Source: the human T2T-CHM13v2.0 reference genome, Homo sapiens
Direction: 5' to 3' (one strand)
Assembly: GCF_009914755.1 (NCBI RefSeq)
Contig: NC_060942.1
DNA length: 64,000 nucleotides
Each line of letters opens with the position of its first letter. Within the stretch, counting starts at the first letter, position 1. The notes below the pieces were generated by a model. That model saw only the letters and a list, made by a program, of their open reading frames with translations, was not told where the DNA came from and did no database searches. Shown one piece after another: positions 45,777-59,178 of this stretch. The position numbers and the translations under genes were made by a program.

Positions 45777-46110
45777 TGGTCATATATCGCTTAACGATTG
45801 CGAGGAGTTCTGAGAAATGTGTCCTAAGGCGATTTCATTGTGTGAACATCATGCTCCAATCTTATATCAACCTATATAGTATAGCTTAATACACTCCTGG
45901 GCTATATCGTACAGCCTATTGATCCTTGGCCCAAACCTATAGAGCATGTTACTGTATTAAATACCGTAGGAAATGGAAACACAATGGTGAGTATGCATCT
46001 AAACCCATCTGAACGAAAAGGAATAGTAAAAATACAGTATTATAATCATATGGGACCAGTGCCATGTTTGCAGTCCACTGTTGACCGAAAAGTTATGTGG
46101 CATATCACTG
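45777..46110 (+). mobile_element. Tigger3a (MER7A), full length
   Basis: 'gtcatatatcgcttaacga..gttctgagaaatg' to 'gttgaccgaaa..gttatgtggcatatcactg', flanked by TA. Confidence 0.9.
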
Positions 46111-46517
46111 TATATCCTTTGGCAGTAGGGCTTGCTCTTCTCTTCGCATGTGTGATTTCTACCTCTTTACTAACATTCAGGCTCCATCCTTTGACATTAC
46201 TGCTTGCTTTTTAATTTCCCAGCTACTATTATGCAGCAAATTCCATGGCCCTTCAGAAAAAATTGCAGGCCTTGTTCACCTTGGATTCCCTCTCTCATCA
46301 ATCGGGCCTTTGTTAGATATCTCTCATCTAGTATAAAAACAGAAGACTATAAGACTACTAGATTCTACAAGGAGAGGCAGGATGGGGAGAAAGGATGCCA
46401 AAGAAGGCTCAGATTGAGGATTTCAGGACCTTAAAGCCACACATCTGATGTCTTATTTTATTACCGCCTAGTCTCACTGATAGTTTTGTTATGACTTCTC
46501 TTTCTCATATGTGAGTT

Positions 46518-47043
46518 TGACAAAGATCCTTTGAGCAAAATTCAATCTACCTGCCAAGTTAATTTAGCAAGAACATCTCACTCTTGATATCTGAGCACTC
46601 TTGATATCTAATTAGGTTCCTCATCCTCTTACAGCCTACAGTATTGAATATAGTAACATTCTGTACAGGTTTGTGCCTGTAAAGTTTTCCGCATAGGTTT
46701 TCAGTAATGGAGGAGGATCAGTAGGTTAGGGGTGTAGTAGACTATACTATACAGGTTGATATAAATATGGAGGATCATCCTGGCTTGTCTTCAGCAACTC
46801 TTGAAGGTCAGTTTAACCAGAATCCCACTTACCCCTGATGTTTCCTCTTAGTAATTTTCTATCCACTGACCTGTACGCTGCTCCTTGACTATCAGTTCCT
46901 ACCTCCCCATGCTATATTTGGTGCTGAGACCAATTTCTCTGCAAAATCCTATTGCAGTGGTCCCTATACCTATCACTATGGTCATGCATAAAATCTTCTT
47001 TACCATGCTTTAGCAAGTATCACTGATTTTTTTTTCTTTAACA
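46518..47043 (+). mobile_element. MER31A ERV1 solo LTR, interrupted
   Basis: 'tgacaaagat..', 'cttacccctgatgtttcctcttagtaatttt', 'gcagtggtccctatacctatc', end 'tttctttaaca'. Confidence 0.88.
46629..46772 (-). mobile_element. Inverted internal Tigger3 fragment inside MER31A
   Basis: 'gcctacagtattgaatatagtaacattctgtacaggtttg' and 'gtgtagtagactatactatacaggttgatataa' are reverse complements of Tigger3 internal sequence; no TIRs. Confidence 0.8.
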
Positions 47044-47210
47044 GTTAATAGTATCAATAATTCCAATAGTTTTACTTTCTAGTTGGCACACCTGTGATTA
47101 GTCATGATTGAGAATATTGCATGAAAACTTTTAAAATGAAAAGATACAATAGCTGAATGAATTGTGAACCTCAGTCCTCCATTGTACCAGTACTCTTCCA
47201 TCATTCAGAG

Positions 47211-47549
47211 CAATGGTCCCTACCCTTTTTGGCACCAGGGGTTGGTTTCATAGAAGACCATTTTTCCATGGATGGGGGATGGGGGGATGATTTCAGGAAG
47301 AAACTGTTCTATCTCAGGTCATCAGGCATTAGATTCTCAAAAGGAGTGCACAGCCTAAATCCCTCACATACACAGTTCACAATAGGGTTCACACTTTCAT
47401 GAAAATCTAATGGCAGTGCAGATCTGATGGGAGGCGAAGCTCAGGTAGTAATGCTAGCTTGCCCACCACTCACCTCCTGCTGTGTGGCCCAGTTCCTAAT
47501 AGGCCACCAACCAGTACCAGTCTGCAGCCTGGGAGGTTGGGGACCCCTG
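47211..47549 (+). mobile_element. MER1B (hAT-Charlie MITE)
   Basis: 'caatggtccctaccctttttggcaccaggg' to 'gttggggacccctg'; 8-bp TSD attc(a/g)gag. Confidence 0.93.
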
Positions 47550-50066
47550 ATTCGGAGGGTGTGATCAAATCTGTTTAAATGACTTTCTTTTTACTCATTG
47601 TACACCTTTTTTAAAGAAGAGTATACAGTGTGCTTGTTCAGCCTTTGAAGATAAGGAATTATTTTCTTAAGTGAGCATTAATGAAAGGAGAATGCATCAT
47701 TCTTTATCAGTCGATGGACTCAGAATTGCTGACGGCTAATGCTAATAAAGCCACATTAAATGGAGAGCATGAATTAGTCAGCTAAATGAATGATTCTTAG
47801 TGGCAAGGAGGCTTTATTCTGTTGGATGTTTGGAGAAATTGACATTTATCATATACAGACTGGCGGTAGAAATAAACGCAAAGAGGGCTGCTTTTTTCCC
47901 CTGTATTATATGTATAGATGGAAAACAAAAATATCACCTGGGAAACAGCTAACTCGAATCTCATTTTTTTGTCATTGTTGTAGCTATTTGTTTCAAAATG
48001 TTTTCCCCATGAGAGCCTGCAATCCCTCCCCACCCTGAACTATCAAATTTCAGACTACAAGTTTTCAATGGCAGCCAATCTGGAGAGTTGCATATATCTA
48101 CCCCTAGACAGCTGCATTATGGAACTAAAAGAACTGCATCTAAATTCATGAGCCGATAAAAAGTAATCTGGCTAAAGTCTTTTTTTATACCAGAATATAC
48201 AATGATAATCACACCCCCTTGAATTACAAATGTTCCATAACCATTCAAACTGGTACTGAGTTACTGACATTATTTGAAGTAATGACATAATAAAACACAT
48301 TTTAAAAGACAAACCCATAACTTACTTACTTCTTGCTTAAAAAATGTTTCAGAAATCTTTTGAGATCATAACTGATAGAAGTCTATGATTTCATAGACCA
48401 TCAAAGGCTTGAATATATTTTAATAAACCAGGAGTATTAAAGTGGCTCTAGCTTGCTGGCTATATTTATTTTCCACCTTCCCCTGGCCTTTTTAACAATC
48501 TAAAATTATGGCCAAAAATTAATTAAAACTTATAGTGACCTGGAGCTTTTTTAATTAACCAAGTGTTTTTTTTTCTTTTTCTTTTTTTTTTTTTTTTAGA
48601 GAGAGAGAGAGGGTGTAATAAATCACAAATATTTCTATTCTCTATTCAAATAGTTCTTTTAGGGTAAATTTGTAGAAGGTCTCTAGTTTAGACAAATTAA
48701 GCCTCTTAGTACACAGAAGCATGGATTCAATAAATTGAAATGCAAGAGAGTTGACAAAATACATTTATAATTTATCTTAATCTTCACATTTTTCTGATTA
48801 GCAATTCAAACCTTGGTATTGAATTATTTTTGGTAATGGCAAGTCATGGTTTTGTATTACTAGCCACAGAGTATTAAGGAATCTCTCAGTGGTTGTGTTG
48901 AACTCACTGCCTGGTTGAGATAATCAATTTTGAAGAAATATATTAATACTTAATAATTATGATTCCCTGGGATTTATTTTATAGTCTTAAGCTGGAAATT
49001 TTGTCAAATACTCTTTCTTGTCATTCCAAATAAGCCCTTTTATTCTAATGGCTCCCATTAACAATAAAAAAAGATAAACTCAATTTAACAAAATTATCTT
49101 CAGCGAGGCTTCAAACCTTGAAGTACATGTACAGCTATAACGAACACGTGTCATGTTCCTGTGTCTAAATCCAAAGTAACAGAAGGTAAGAACTTGATAC
49201 AGGTAAACCACAAATTGAAAACCTATAATGTGAAAGCTAAAAATCCAAGATTATTCATTATATATAATAATACATATAAACAAATGAAATATATGAGGAT
49301 CTGGCATCAAAGATTTGAGCAAGGACAATTGCAACAGAAAAGAGCAAATTTCTACTCAACTTATTTTGAGTCGTGCCAAAACAATAGCTAAGACTTAAGA
49401 ATGCTCGAAGACTAAATATGATGTGGGAGAGAAAGGGAGAACAAATCAAGATAAAGGAACAAAGGACTAAGACATTTGAAGTCAAAATGAAATGGATAAA
49501 AACATGAATATACTGTTTAAATATATGAATATACTGATTAAAGAAAAGGTAATCAATAAGCAGCATAGACCTTAGAGGACACAGCCATCAACTCTGTCAT
49601 TTACTTTAAGGAAAACAAACTCTCAATATCTACTAAGCTATCCTAAAAATTATAGTTTCTCCTCACTGGGCAAAGACCACTTGAAAGAGTCAAGCAGAAC
49701 CCTCTTCTCCTAAGTAAGTGATTAGAAAAAATCAATTTTAGCTACAAAATGGCAGACCATTTCCTGAAGAGCTCAGCCTCTGCAAATTGCAATTTATTTG
49801 AGGAACCCCAAATACTTTACCAAAAACTTCGAACATTACCTACTGTAAACTTAATATGTAATACAGCTAAAGAGAAACAATAAAAACGGGGCCTTCAAGA
49901 TGTAACACAAATGTGAAGGCATGAACTTTAGAGGTAAACCAGTCCAGTTCCCCCATTTCACAAATAAAGTAACTAAACATCAGCCAGTTAGGTGATTCTC
50001 AATATCAGAGACATGACTATATGTCATTTGGATCAACATTCCAATCATGGAATTTACAGTATAACA

Positions 50067-50377
<311 letters not shown>

Positions 50378-50929
50378 TCAAGTTTTCATGCCACAGTGCA
50401 ATTGTCCTCTAGCAAATACTTTCTTTCTCCAGATAAATCATAACATTTGTGAATTCTGTATTTGTCTCATATTTATTTTGCATTTCTTGTAGCTAGAAGC
50501 TAGTGTAGTGATGGGCATACACTGGAATTCTCAATTATTCTGCAGTGAATTATTCGAAGGAAGGTAGAGGACACTAAGAGATGAGTGAAAATGGTGCCAG
50601 GATGTAATGCACAGAAAACAAAATGTCAACTGAGAATGGAATAAAGAGAATGAATATGCTCATTGAAAATAAACATCAGGCTTAGATCTAGCATCCTGAG
50701 GTTTCAAGTAGAATTGTTAATGATTATGTGGGTTTTAACCCAACACTTTGTATCCACAGCAGTCCACCCTCCAACCTGCCTTCTAGTTCTTTATAGTGTG
50801 AGTCTGACACTTTCTTACACTGAAGTTGTTTTCTTCTGTGAGGAGGGAAGCTTTAGGTCATTCTGATCTCCTTTCTACAGCAGCCTGAACACATGGGCTG
50901 CCTAAAGATTGTCCCTGAGAGACATTTGG

Positions 50930-51145
50930 AAGCAAGGGTTGAGAGTACAGGATCTGATATCTGAATCTGACTGCAAAGCACAGCTTGTGACTAACTCACT
51001 GTACACTCTGGGACATATTATTTCAAACCCAGGGCTTCCAATTTTTCACCTGTAAAATAAGGATAACAGCTATTGCCTCATAGAATTGCTGTGCTAGAGT
51101 AATTAGATTAAGCAACTGTAAGTCCTCCACAAATATTAGCTGCTA
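50930..51145 (+). mobile_element. MIR
   Basis: Core 'caatttttcacctgtaaaataaggataa..cctcatagaattgctgtg'. Confidence 0.75.
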
Positions 51146-52089
51146 TCTTCCAAGATCTCCTAACTTCTTCTGGCATCCCAAATTTAACTTTCATTATTAC
51201 TAGAACTCCTTGGATTGAAATGTATTAACTAACTTTTCTACCATTTTCAATGTTTTTGTCAAGTGGGAAGGTAGATTTAAATCTTCAGTCTACCATTTTG
51301 ATCCATCTATCAAGAGAGAAGGAGCAGAGATCTGTTAGTCAAACATTTGCATTTGTGTTTGTTTGTCTGTTTTTGTTTGTTTTAGCCATATGAAGGAATA
51401 AGCCCAGAGATATTTATGACTTGGTTAGAAGTGCCCAGTTAATCAGTGACAGAGTTGCTTCTTTTTATAAGATGCAGTTCCTTCTCAGGATCACAGTAAA
51501 TTTCTGAATCCAGTATCCAGTTTTATTAAACATAAGGGATTAACAAAACAAAATTTATAAATCAAGTTTAGGTGGAAAGAATGATGGACTTTTGGGAGTT
51601 GAAAACATGAAGTTTTCATTTTATGATGTTAATATAAAAAAAAACCCTGAAAACTTTAGGTGTTTCTGGCAGCCAAGTGCATTGTCATAGTGATGACAAT
51701 TGGCACCCTCTTATGCACTTCACCTGGCAAAGGATTATGTACTCCTGGTATAGACTTTTTCTGCATATAAGATTCGGAAAGTAAGAATTCTTCATACTTA
51801 AGCAAAAACCACTGGCTGAAGATAAGTTGAAAAGGAACAGATAACCCCACCTGAATCCTAAACAGATTGAGGGTTCTGTGAGAAAATAGACCTGCTGGCA
51901 TAAACAAAAAGGTGAGGATCTGACTCCAGAAAAAGCTACAGGAAAGGAGGCATATTTTTTCAACAAACAGTGGTATCCCTGAATTTATCCATTTTTACAT
52001 ACAGCTAGTCTTTCTCTGTATTCCGCTCTATTTTGTCTTAGGAGATTCAAGTTGTGTATAAAAGACAATTACATCATTTATATATAAAT

Positions 52090-52990
52090 TTTAGTAGATG
52101 CTTAATAGGTATTTACTCTGTATACAGAACTTTGAGAAATACAGAAGATAAAGGGAGTTTAGGTCAGTGGGCAAAGCATTGTGCTAGTAGTCAGAAAATC
52201 TGAATTGTAGCCCCGGGACTGCTAGAATTAACTCAATATATGGCATAGGCAAATATTTCACAGCCTCTCTGGGTTTCGGTTTCCCACTCTATAAATTGAG
52301 GAGGTTGGATTACGAATGCCCATTTCAACTCTAATACATTGTGAAAGTTATAGTGGAGCACACAATGGACAGCAGGATATTTTAAGCCAGGAACTCTATT
52401 TCTGGCCCTCTAACTAAATGATCGTTTGACCTTAAATCAGTTGTTTAACTTCTAGCAGACTCTTTTTTTCTCATTTATAAAATGAGGTGTTGGACTGTTT
52501 GAACTTTAAAGTGTCTTCAAGGTGTAAGAATCTATGATTCAATTCATGACCCCGTCCTCAAGGAGCATTCCATCCAGTTAGAGAGACAAGATATGTACAT
52601 AAAAAGGTCAACAGCAATATCAGCCAAAAATAGAACAGATGTCACAAGGCAATGGATGCCTTAATGCCAGATAAATGCAGTGGATGGTAAGCAATATAAA
52701 TGTGAGGCAGGAGAGATTGTTCTGGTTTGGATAGTAAGAAAATCCTTCATAGAAGACTCATTCTAGCAGATTCCCAAAGAGTAGGTGAGGTCTACTATAG
52801 CAGAAAAGCTGATGTGGGTCTGAGCATTATGGTGAGCAGAGTCTCAAAGGTAGGAAAATGCATCTTGGACTGCAAAAGACATCAGTATGGCATCAAAAAA
52901 TAATGGTAGTATAGATAGATTATTTGAATGTTTAATTTTAGGCATTTTTGAAAATTGTATCTAGAAGAAATCATCTTACAGTAATGTTTA
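52090..52990 (-). mobile_element. L2 remnant interrupted by two MIRs
   Basis: 'catgaccccgtcctcaaggagcattccatccagttagagagacaaga'. Confidence 0.55.
52170..52540 (+). mobile_element. Two head-to-tail MIR3/MIRc-like copies (~52170-52345 and ~52355-52540)
   Basis: Cores 'ggtttcccactctataaattgagg' and 'tttctcatttataaaatgagg'; ends 'caactctaatacattgtga' and 'aatctatgattc'. Confidence 0.7.
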
Positions 52991-53319
52991 GTGTAGATAC
53001 TTTTTAAATTTCCTGATCAAGGAATTTCCTATTCAGTACCTATTAAAACCTGGATTTTTCAGGGGAATGAATGCAAAAGGTGGAGATCACAACTTCATTT
53101 GTCAGTATTACTGAACACATATCTAATATGCTTCCTGTATTATTTCCCCAAAATACTTAAAATTAATTTTTACCACAAGGTCTATTCAATTCAAATGTCA
53201 TTTTCAGGCAACTTCAGACCAATGCAAATGACAGATTCTTTGAGGCTAGGGAAGGCTACCTTTGAAACAAATTACACTAGGAATTTATATAAAACTATTT
53301 GTCTGGCATATGAAAGGCA

Positions 53320-54468
53320 GTGTAGCCCTGGGGTTTATGGTTGTTGCTTCGGAGCCAGTGGCCCCGAAGCTTTACATCACATGAATGGTATAAAGCAATG
53401 CTTTATAATGTTGTTAGAAAATCACAGTATTTGCACTAATTTCTTGAGAGAGATTATCAAGCCCGTCTGGGAGGAGGGCAGCATATTTTTTGAATGCCAT
53501 ATGCTGAAGCATGGTTGTAGCTTGGGCAGATGCTGTAGAGGATAAAAACATTTTATGTACTCCTCTTGGATAACTTGTCTAATACAACTCTGGCTCCAAA
53601 TCAGGCCCTTGATTCAACAACAAATCTCAATCAGAGCTATCAAAAGTTTTCCTCTGCCCTAGAGTATATGTTGAACTTCCAACCTCGGAAGCTGTCCACT
53701 CTATTAACAATGTATTCAAATTACAAGCAAGTATTTAATGAATGCTGAGTTTCAGGGCGACAGCATGAAGAATGGGAAAGCCTTAGGAATTGCTGAAATG
53801 AAAGGGCTCTTCTCTTAATTTCAAATATCAGAAGACTTGAGCAGAACATGGCATCTTAGTCATCTGAGCCTGTAAAATGTGACATTGGCAGACATACAAT
53901 GCTGAGCTCTGTGGTACCTGAATAATTGAGGCTTTGAAACATGAAAGTGTTGACACCTTCAAACGCTCAACTAGCTTTATTTGAAAGATTCTTCTCACAA
54001 AAGAAGACTAACTCTGCCATTTGAGATCAACGCATTTCTCAGAAACACAGTGTCACCGCTTTATATTGAAACAAACTTGTTTACCACATATTGACTATCT
54101 GTGTCCCATGTGCAGAAAGTATTTGATTAAATTCATTTCTTTGTGATAACAAAATACCCAGCAGAATCAAGGATGACTTTTTGGAGGTGGGCAGGAGGAT
54201 GAGAACAACATTACTTATTCTCTAAACAGTGAACTTTCTGCAGGTTTCATTATTTCAAGGAGTCAGGATGAGAATTCAGAGTAATCAAGGTCGTATTAAG
54301 TATTATATATGCCACAACAGCAGCAATGATGAAAACAACACAATTTCATCTATTCATTCTTTCAGCAAAATTTAGTGAGCGCCCACTATATTCTTTATAC
54401 CATTAATATGATATACAGCTTCGGGGCCACTGGCTCTGAAGTAACAACCATAAACCCCAGTTTTACAC
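53320..54468. repeat. 76-bp inverted repeat, arms 53320-53395 and 54393-54468
   Basis: Ungapped alignment by hand: 67/76 identical. Confidence 0.95.
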
Positions 54469-54618
54469 CTGGCTAATTTTTTTTTTAATTTATTCTTTTT
54501 GGAGACTGTGTCTCACTATGTTGCCCAGACTAGTCTCAAACTCGTGAGCTCAAGTGATCCACATGCCTCGGCCTCCCAAAGTGCTGGGATTACAGGAATG
54601 AGCCACTGTACCCAGTCC
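54465..54618 (-). mobile_element. AluJ left arm plus linker; right arm and tail missing
   Basis: Begins abruptly at 'acacctggctaattttt', continues 'tctcactatgttgccca..gctcaagtgatcc'. Confidence 0.9.
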
Positions 54619-54749
54619 ACCTATCATATTTTCTATCTCAATAAATAGAACAGTGATTCAGCAAATAGCATAACTCCTCTAAGTCTCTAAATCTCTTCAC
54701 CTGCACTGCTGTCTTGCTATCTTCCAGCTGCTCCTATTGTTTTCCTCGT

Positions 54750-55400
54750 CTTTAGGGATTGCTGAATGTGATAAAGGAAAATGTGAAGAGTGAGAAGAAA
54801 GGTGAGTCTAGGATTTAACCTTGAGGAACAGAATAGTTTTATGAATGCCCAGAGGAGGAGGAGCCTGCAAATGAGACTGGGAAAGACCAGTCACATGTAG
54901 TAAAAGAAAATAAATCAGAAATGTTACAGGAGCTGCAGGAAGAAAGTATTGGAAGAAGGAGGAGACATGCCAACAGTCCCAAAAGTAATCTAGAAATCAA
55001 GTCATGCTAGAACTGAGATCAATACCCATTTCATCCAGCAACAAGGAGGTACCTGGCATTCTTGGAAAGGGTAGATTTATTGGTAGAGTAGGAACAGAAT
55101 GGGATTTCAATGGGATGAGTGATTATGCAATGGAAGATGAAAAAGTAGGGGTGACATTTTCTGACACCTGGAAAATTCTGACTTTAAAAGGGAGATTAAA
55201 AAATAAAGCTTTATGGGGAAATGTGTGGGTCAAGGGAGGAATTCTGTTTTGCAGTGTTTTTCAGATGTGAGACCTGAGGAAATGTAAACGCTTAAGATAA
55301 AAATTTGTTAGCAAGGAAATTACAAAAGCTACATGAAAGAATGGAACCATCTGATGCAGCCTGTATGCTGAGGAGGAAAGAGGGCAGGAGTGCAGGTAAA
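54750..55400 (-). mobile_element. L2 remnant
   Basis: 'agaggaggaggagcctgcaaatgagactgggaaag..' typical of antisense L2 body. Confidence 0.55.
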
Positions 55401-55677
55401 GTGCTAATTAAAGGAGGAAATTATCCTAAAGTAACTCTGTTCATCAGGGCATCAAATGATACTTCACATAATGAGCCAACCTAGTAGGAGAAGAGTTTCG
55501 AAGAAGTAACATTATAACAGGAGGACAGTCACCAATTCTATGTGCTGGACTGGACCTGTGTTTAGAATGGGAAATGTCAAAAGGGGCCTTTAGGAGTTAG
55601 CTTTTAGAATTTATTGCGAATACTACTTAACCATTTGCAGAGACAAGGTTCTACTCCCCACTTCATAAGAAAGTTAA

Positions 55678-56158
<481 letters not shown>

Positions 56159-59132
56159 TGATTTCAAGTTAAGAATTTTGGCCCTATTTTATGGTTGTTG
56201 CCTTTGAGCACAGAAAAGAAAAAAAAAGATAAATTTTAGAAGACTGAATTAGATGTAAGTATATATGAATAAGATAGAGAATTGTGAAAAATAAAAAATG
56301 CAATAGTAGAATTAAAATACATATCCAATATAATCTAAATATTGCAAGGAATTGCAAATTCAAAATTTTTTTTATCATTCACTCTTTTCTCTTCATGAAC
56401 ATAGCCTGTTTCTCTTTCTAATTTCCTAATTACCTTAATTAGCATTTTTATAAACTTTGCAGCTCTTACCATTGTAGGGAGATTTTTTGGTTTTGAGAAG
56501 ATGCTTTCGTAGGCTGCAGTAATGCAATGAAATACTAAATTGGGAGTATATGCCAACACATTAAAAAACCTCAAATAATGTTTTTCTTGTCAGTGCAGAG
56601 ATCATTTTCATTAGTGTTTAATAAGTAAGGGCATAAAAGACAAAAAAAATTGTATGCTTTACTTAAAAATTCAACTTCCTAAGACAGAGGTTAACATCAT
56701 TTTCTAAATCCTTATCTAAACCACAATTCTACTGTTCATCAAAAATAACATTTATCCACACAGAGTTCTAACTTTCTTATGGTTTCTTCATTCACAAATC
56801 TAATCTCTACTTATATCCTCTGCCGTTTGTTTACAATTTTTAATCTGAAATTTCTTTAGTTTTTCTTTCTTTTTTCAACATCTGTCACCAACACTTTGGT
56901 TCAAATCGCTATGATTTCATATACAGAATACTGAATTAATGCCCTGTCTTCTCTTTTTAGCCAATGTACCCATTAATCTTTCTAAAGCACTAATGAGATT
57001 AATTTTTATCAAACATGTGAGATTGCTCCTAAATAATAGGTTTTGTACCATCATTCCCAAACAAACCTTCAAGCCTCTTATGCTTCTCATGAAATGAATC
57101 CCCATGGATAAGCTTGCTTGGACTATGTATAGGTCCACAAAAGTTAGCAACAATCCTATTCCATTCTTGAATGATATAAGAGAAGCTGCTCAGAGCACAT
57201 TTCTTATATTTGCCATACAAACATACGCAAGTGTCACAGACACATATTTGGCATCTCTGTTCTCTAAAACATACGTCAAATTTTACCTTTTTCATGATGC
57301 CTCTTTGAGTCTTCCCAGGTGGAATTAATCTTATTTACTTTGAAGTCCATGGTACATAATTTCTCTATTCCTATGCCATTTATTAAATGCTACCTTGCAT
57401 TGATATACAAAACATGAATTGCCTTCTTTCTTAAATATTATTGCAGTTTTTCCACGGAGAGGATGCTTTTTATGCATATATTGATAGAAGGCCGTCTTGC
57501 TTCCATGTGAATATGCTAATGCTATGGAGATTTCTACAAAGCATTTGCTGTTCTTGGTGCTAGATCTCAGGCAGCTGTCCCAAGAAGTAAGAGCCAAGTT
57601 GCTGACTTTGGTCATTTGCACTCAACTCCATCCCCACTACATTTTAAGAGCTGAGTTCAAAGAACATTTCCTGCTGACCTACAGTAACAATGGGACCATG
57701 GAAGCTTTATGTGCTTCACTGCAATATCCTACTTCAAGGATGCTGTTGACAAACAGACGGGATACCCAGTAGACTCACCAAGAGTGTCATGGGTTGTAAT
57801 TATAGCAACAGTGTGCTATTGCACAATGTCTTGAAACTAGGTTTTCTTTATATTGTGGTGGGAAATTGGGTGATGGCAACCTTTTAAAAAAATAGCTATT
57901 CCCAAGTACCCAAGTACACATTATGTTATGTTTTATAGACAAAGTGCTGACATGAATCAACAGTTTAGATTTCCTGGCTTAAGAACTATTCACAAAATAA
58001 TTGAGTTTGGAGTATTAGAGGTTAGAGATCACTCTGAGTCACAATTAGTGATTTAGTATATCTTCATTTTGATTGATTTTGTCATGGTACTTTTTTCCAT
58101 TCACAGCAAGCTGAAATAACACTTTATCAGTATTACGGTATTTTAAAAATAAGGTAACTGAATAAAGAATATTTTTACTAACTACTTCTATTAATAAATT
58201 TAAGAAATATTAGAGACAAATCCTATGCCTTGTGACTAAATTTATATAAATATAAAGTTTTAACATTTGGAAATTTTGGTGTTTTCCCCTTTCAAATTGC
58301 TCTTCTCTCCTAAACAAGGCCAGACTTGAAGTGGAAATGTACTATGGAATCCAGCCACACATGATAGACACATGAAATCCAGAATATCTTTTACTGTAAC
58401 ATTTTAAGACATGACACTGCCAAACTTGAATATGAGTTTACTGTGTAGTCACATATAGCCTTTCTTTTATGGATGTCAAGGGTATAATGTTGCTACCTGA
58501 ATGACGTCAAAGTCAGCTTGAAGATGTTGATACCTTGGGAAGGCTATCTGTGCTGTAAAACTCTAAGGCTGAAAACCCACTATAAGCAAAATTTACAAAG
58601 ACCTTTCGAAGCAAAAGTCACTGAAGGGAACAAGGTTAAGGCATTAACCTTAAGACAGAGCATTTTCTTAAAAGATAGGCACTGTGCCTATTTGTGATTT
58701 ATGACCCCTACATTTTTTGAACATTTCATATCATCACTATTACCATCACCAACAACAACAAGCACAAAGATTGATTCATTATATTCATAACTGAATGAAA
58801 CTTTTTTTTTGCTTTATATACAGAACACTTTATTGAGTAGGTAAGGCTAGCTTAAGGTGGAAATGGGCAGATTGTAACAGTGTTAAAGTTTTTCCCCTCA
58901 TCTCTGTGTTCTCTCTACCCTTTGATTTCCCCCATTTAGGCCTTCTTGACACCGTTGAGATGACCTGTCAAAGAAAGCTATAGGAAACCAAAAGTATAAA
59001 ATGTCCCCTCCTAAACAACCCATTGCATTTAATAAAAGAGTCCAGCAAGAGCAAGAGTTAAATAGGATATACCAGCATAGGAGAATTGTTATCTCTGTGC
59101 ATTTGAAAAGTAAAACTTTCTCTGGAAGTATT

Positions 59133-59178
59133 GTGTGTGTGTGTGTGTGCACGCGAGCGCATGTGGGTGGGTGTGTGC
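59133..59178. repeat. (GT)n mixed purine-pyrimidine tract
   Basis: gtgtgtgt..gcacgcgagcgcatgtgggtgggtgtgtgc. Confidence 0.85.

Noticed and set aside
53099-53545. 148-aa ORF in non-repeat DNA
   Set aside because: Starts at TTG, no recognisable domain or convincing splice context; consistent with chance.
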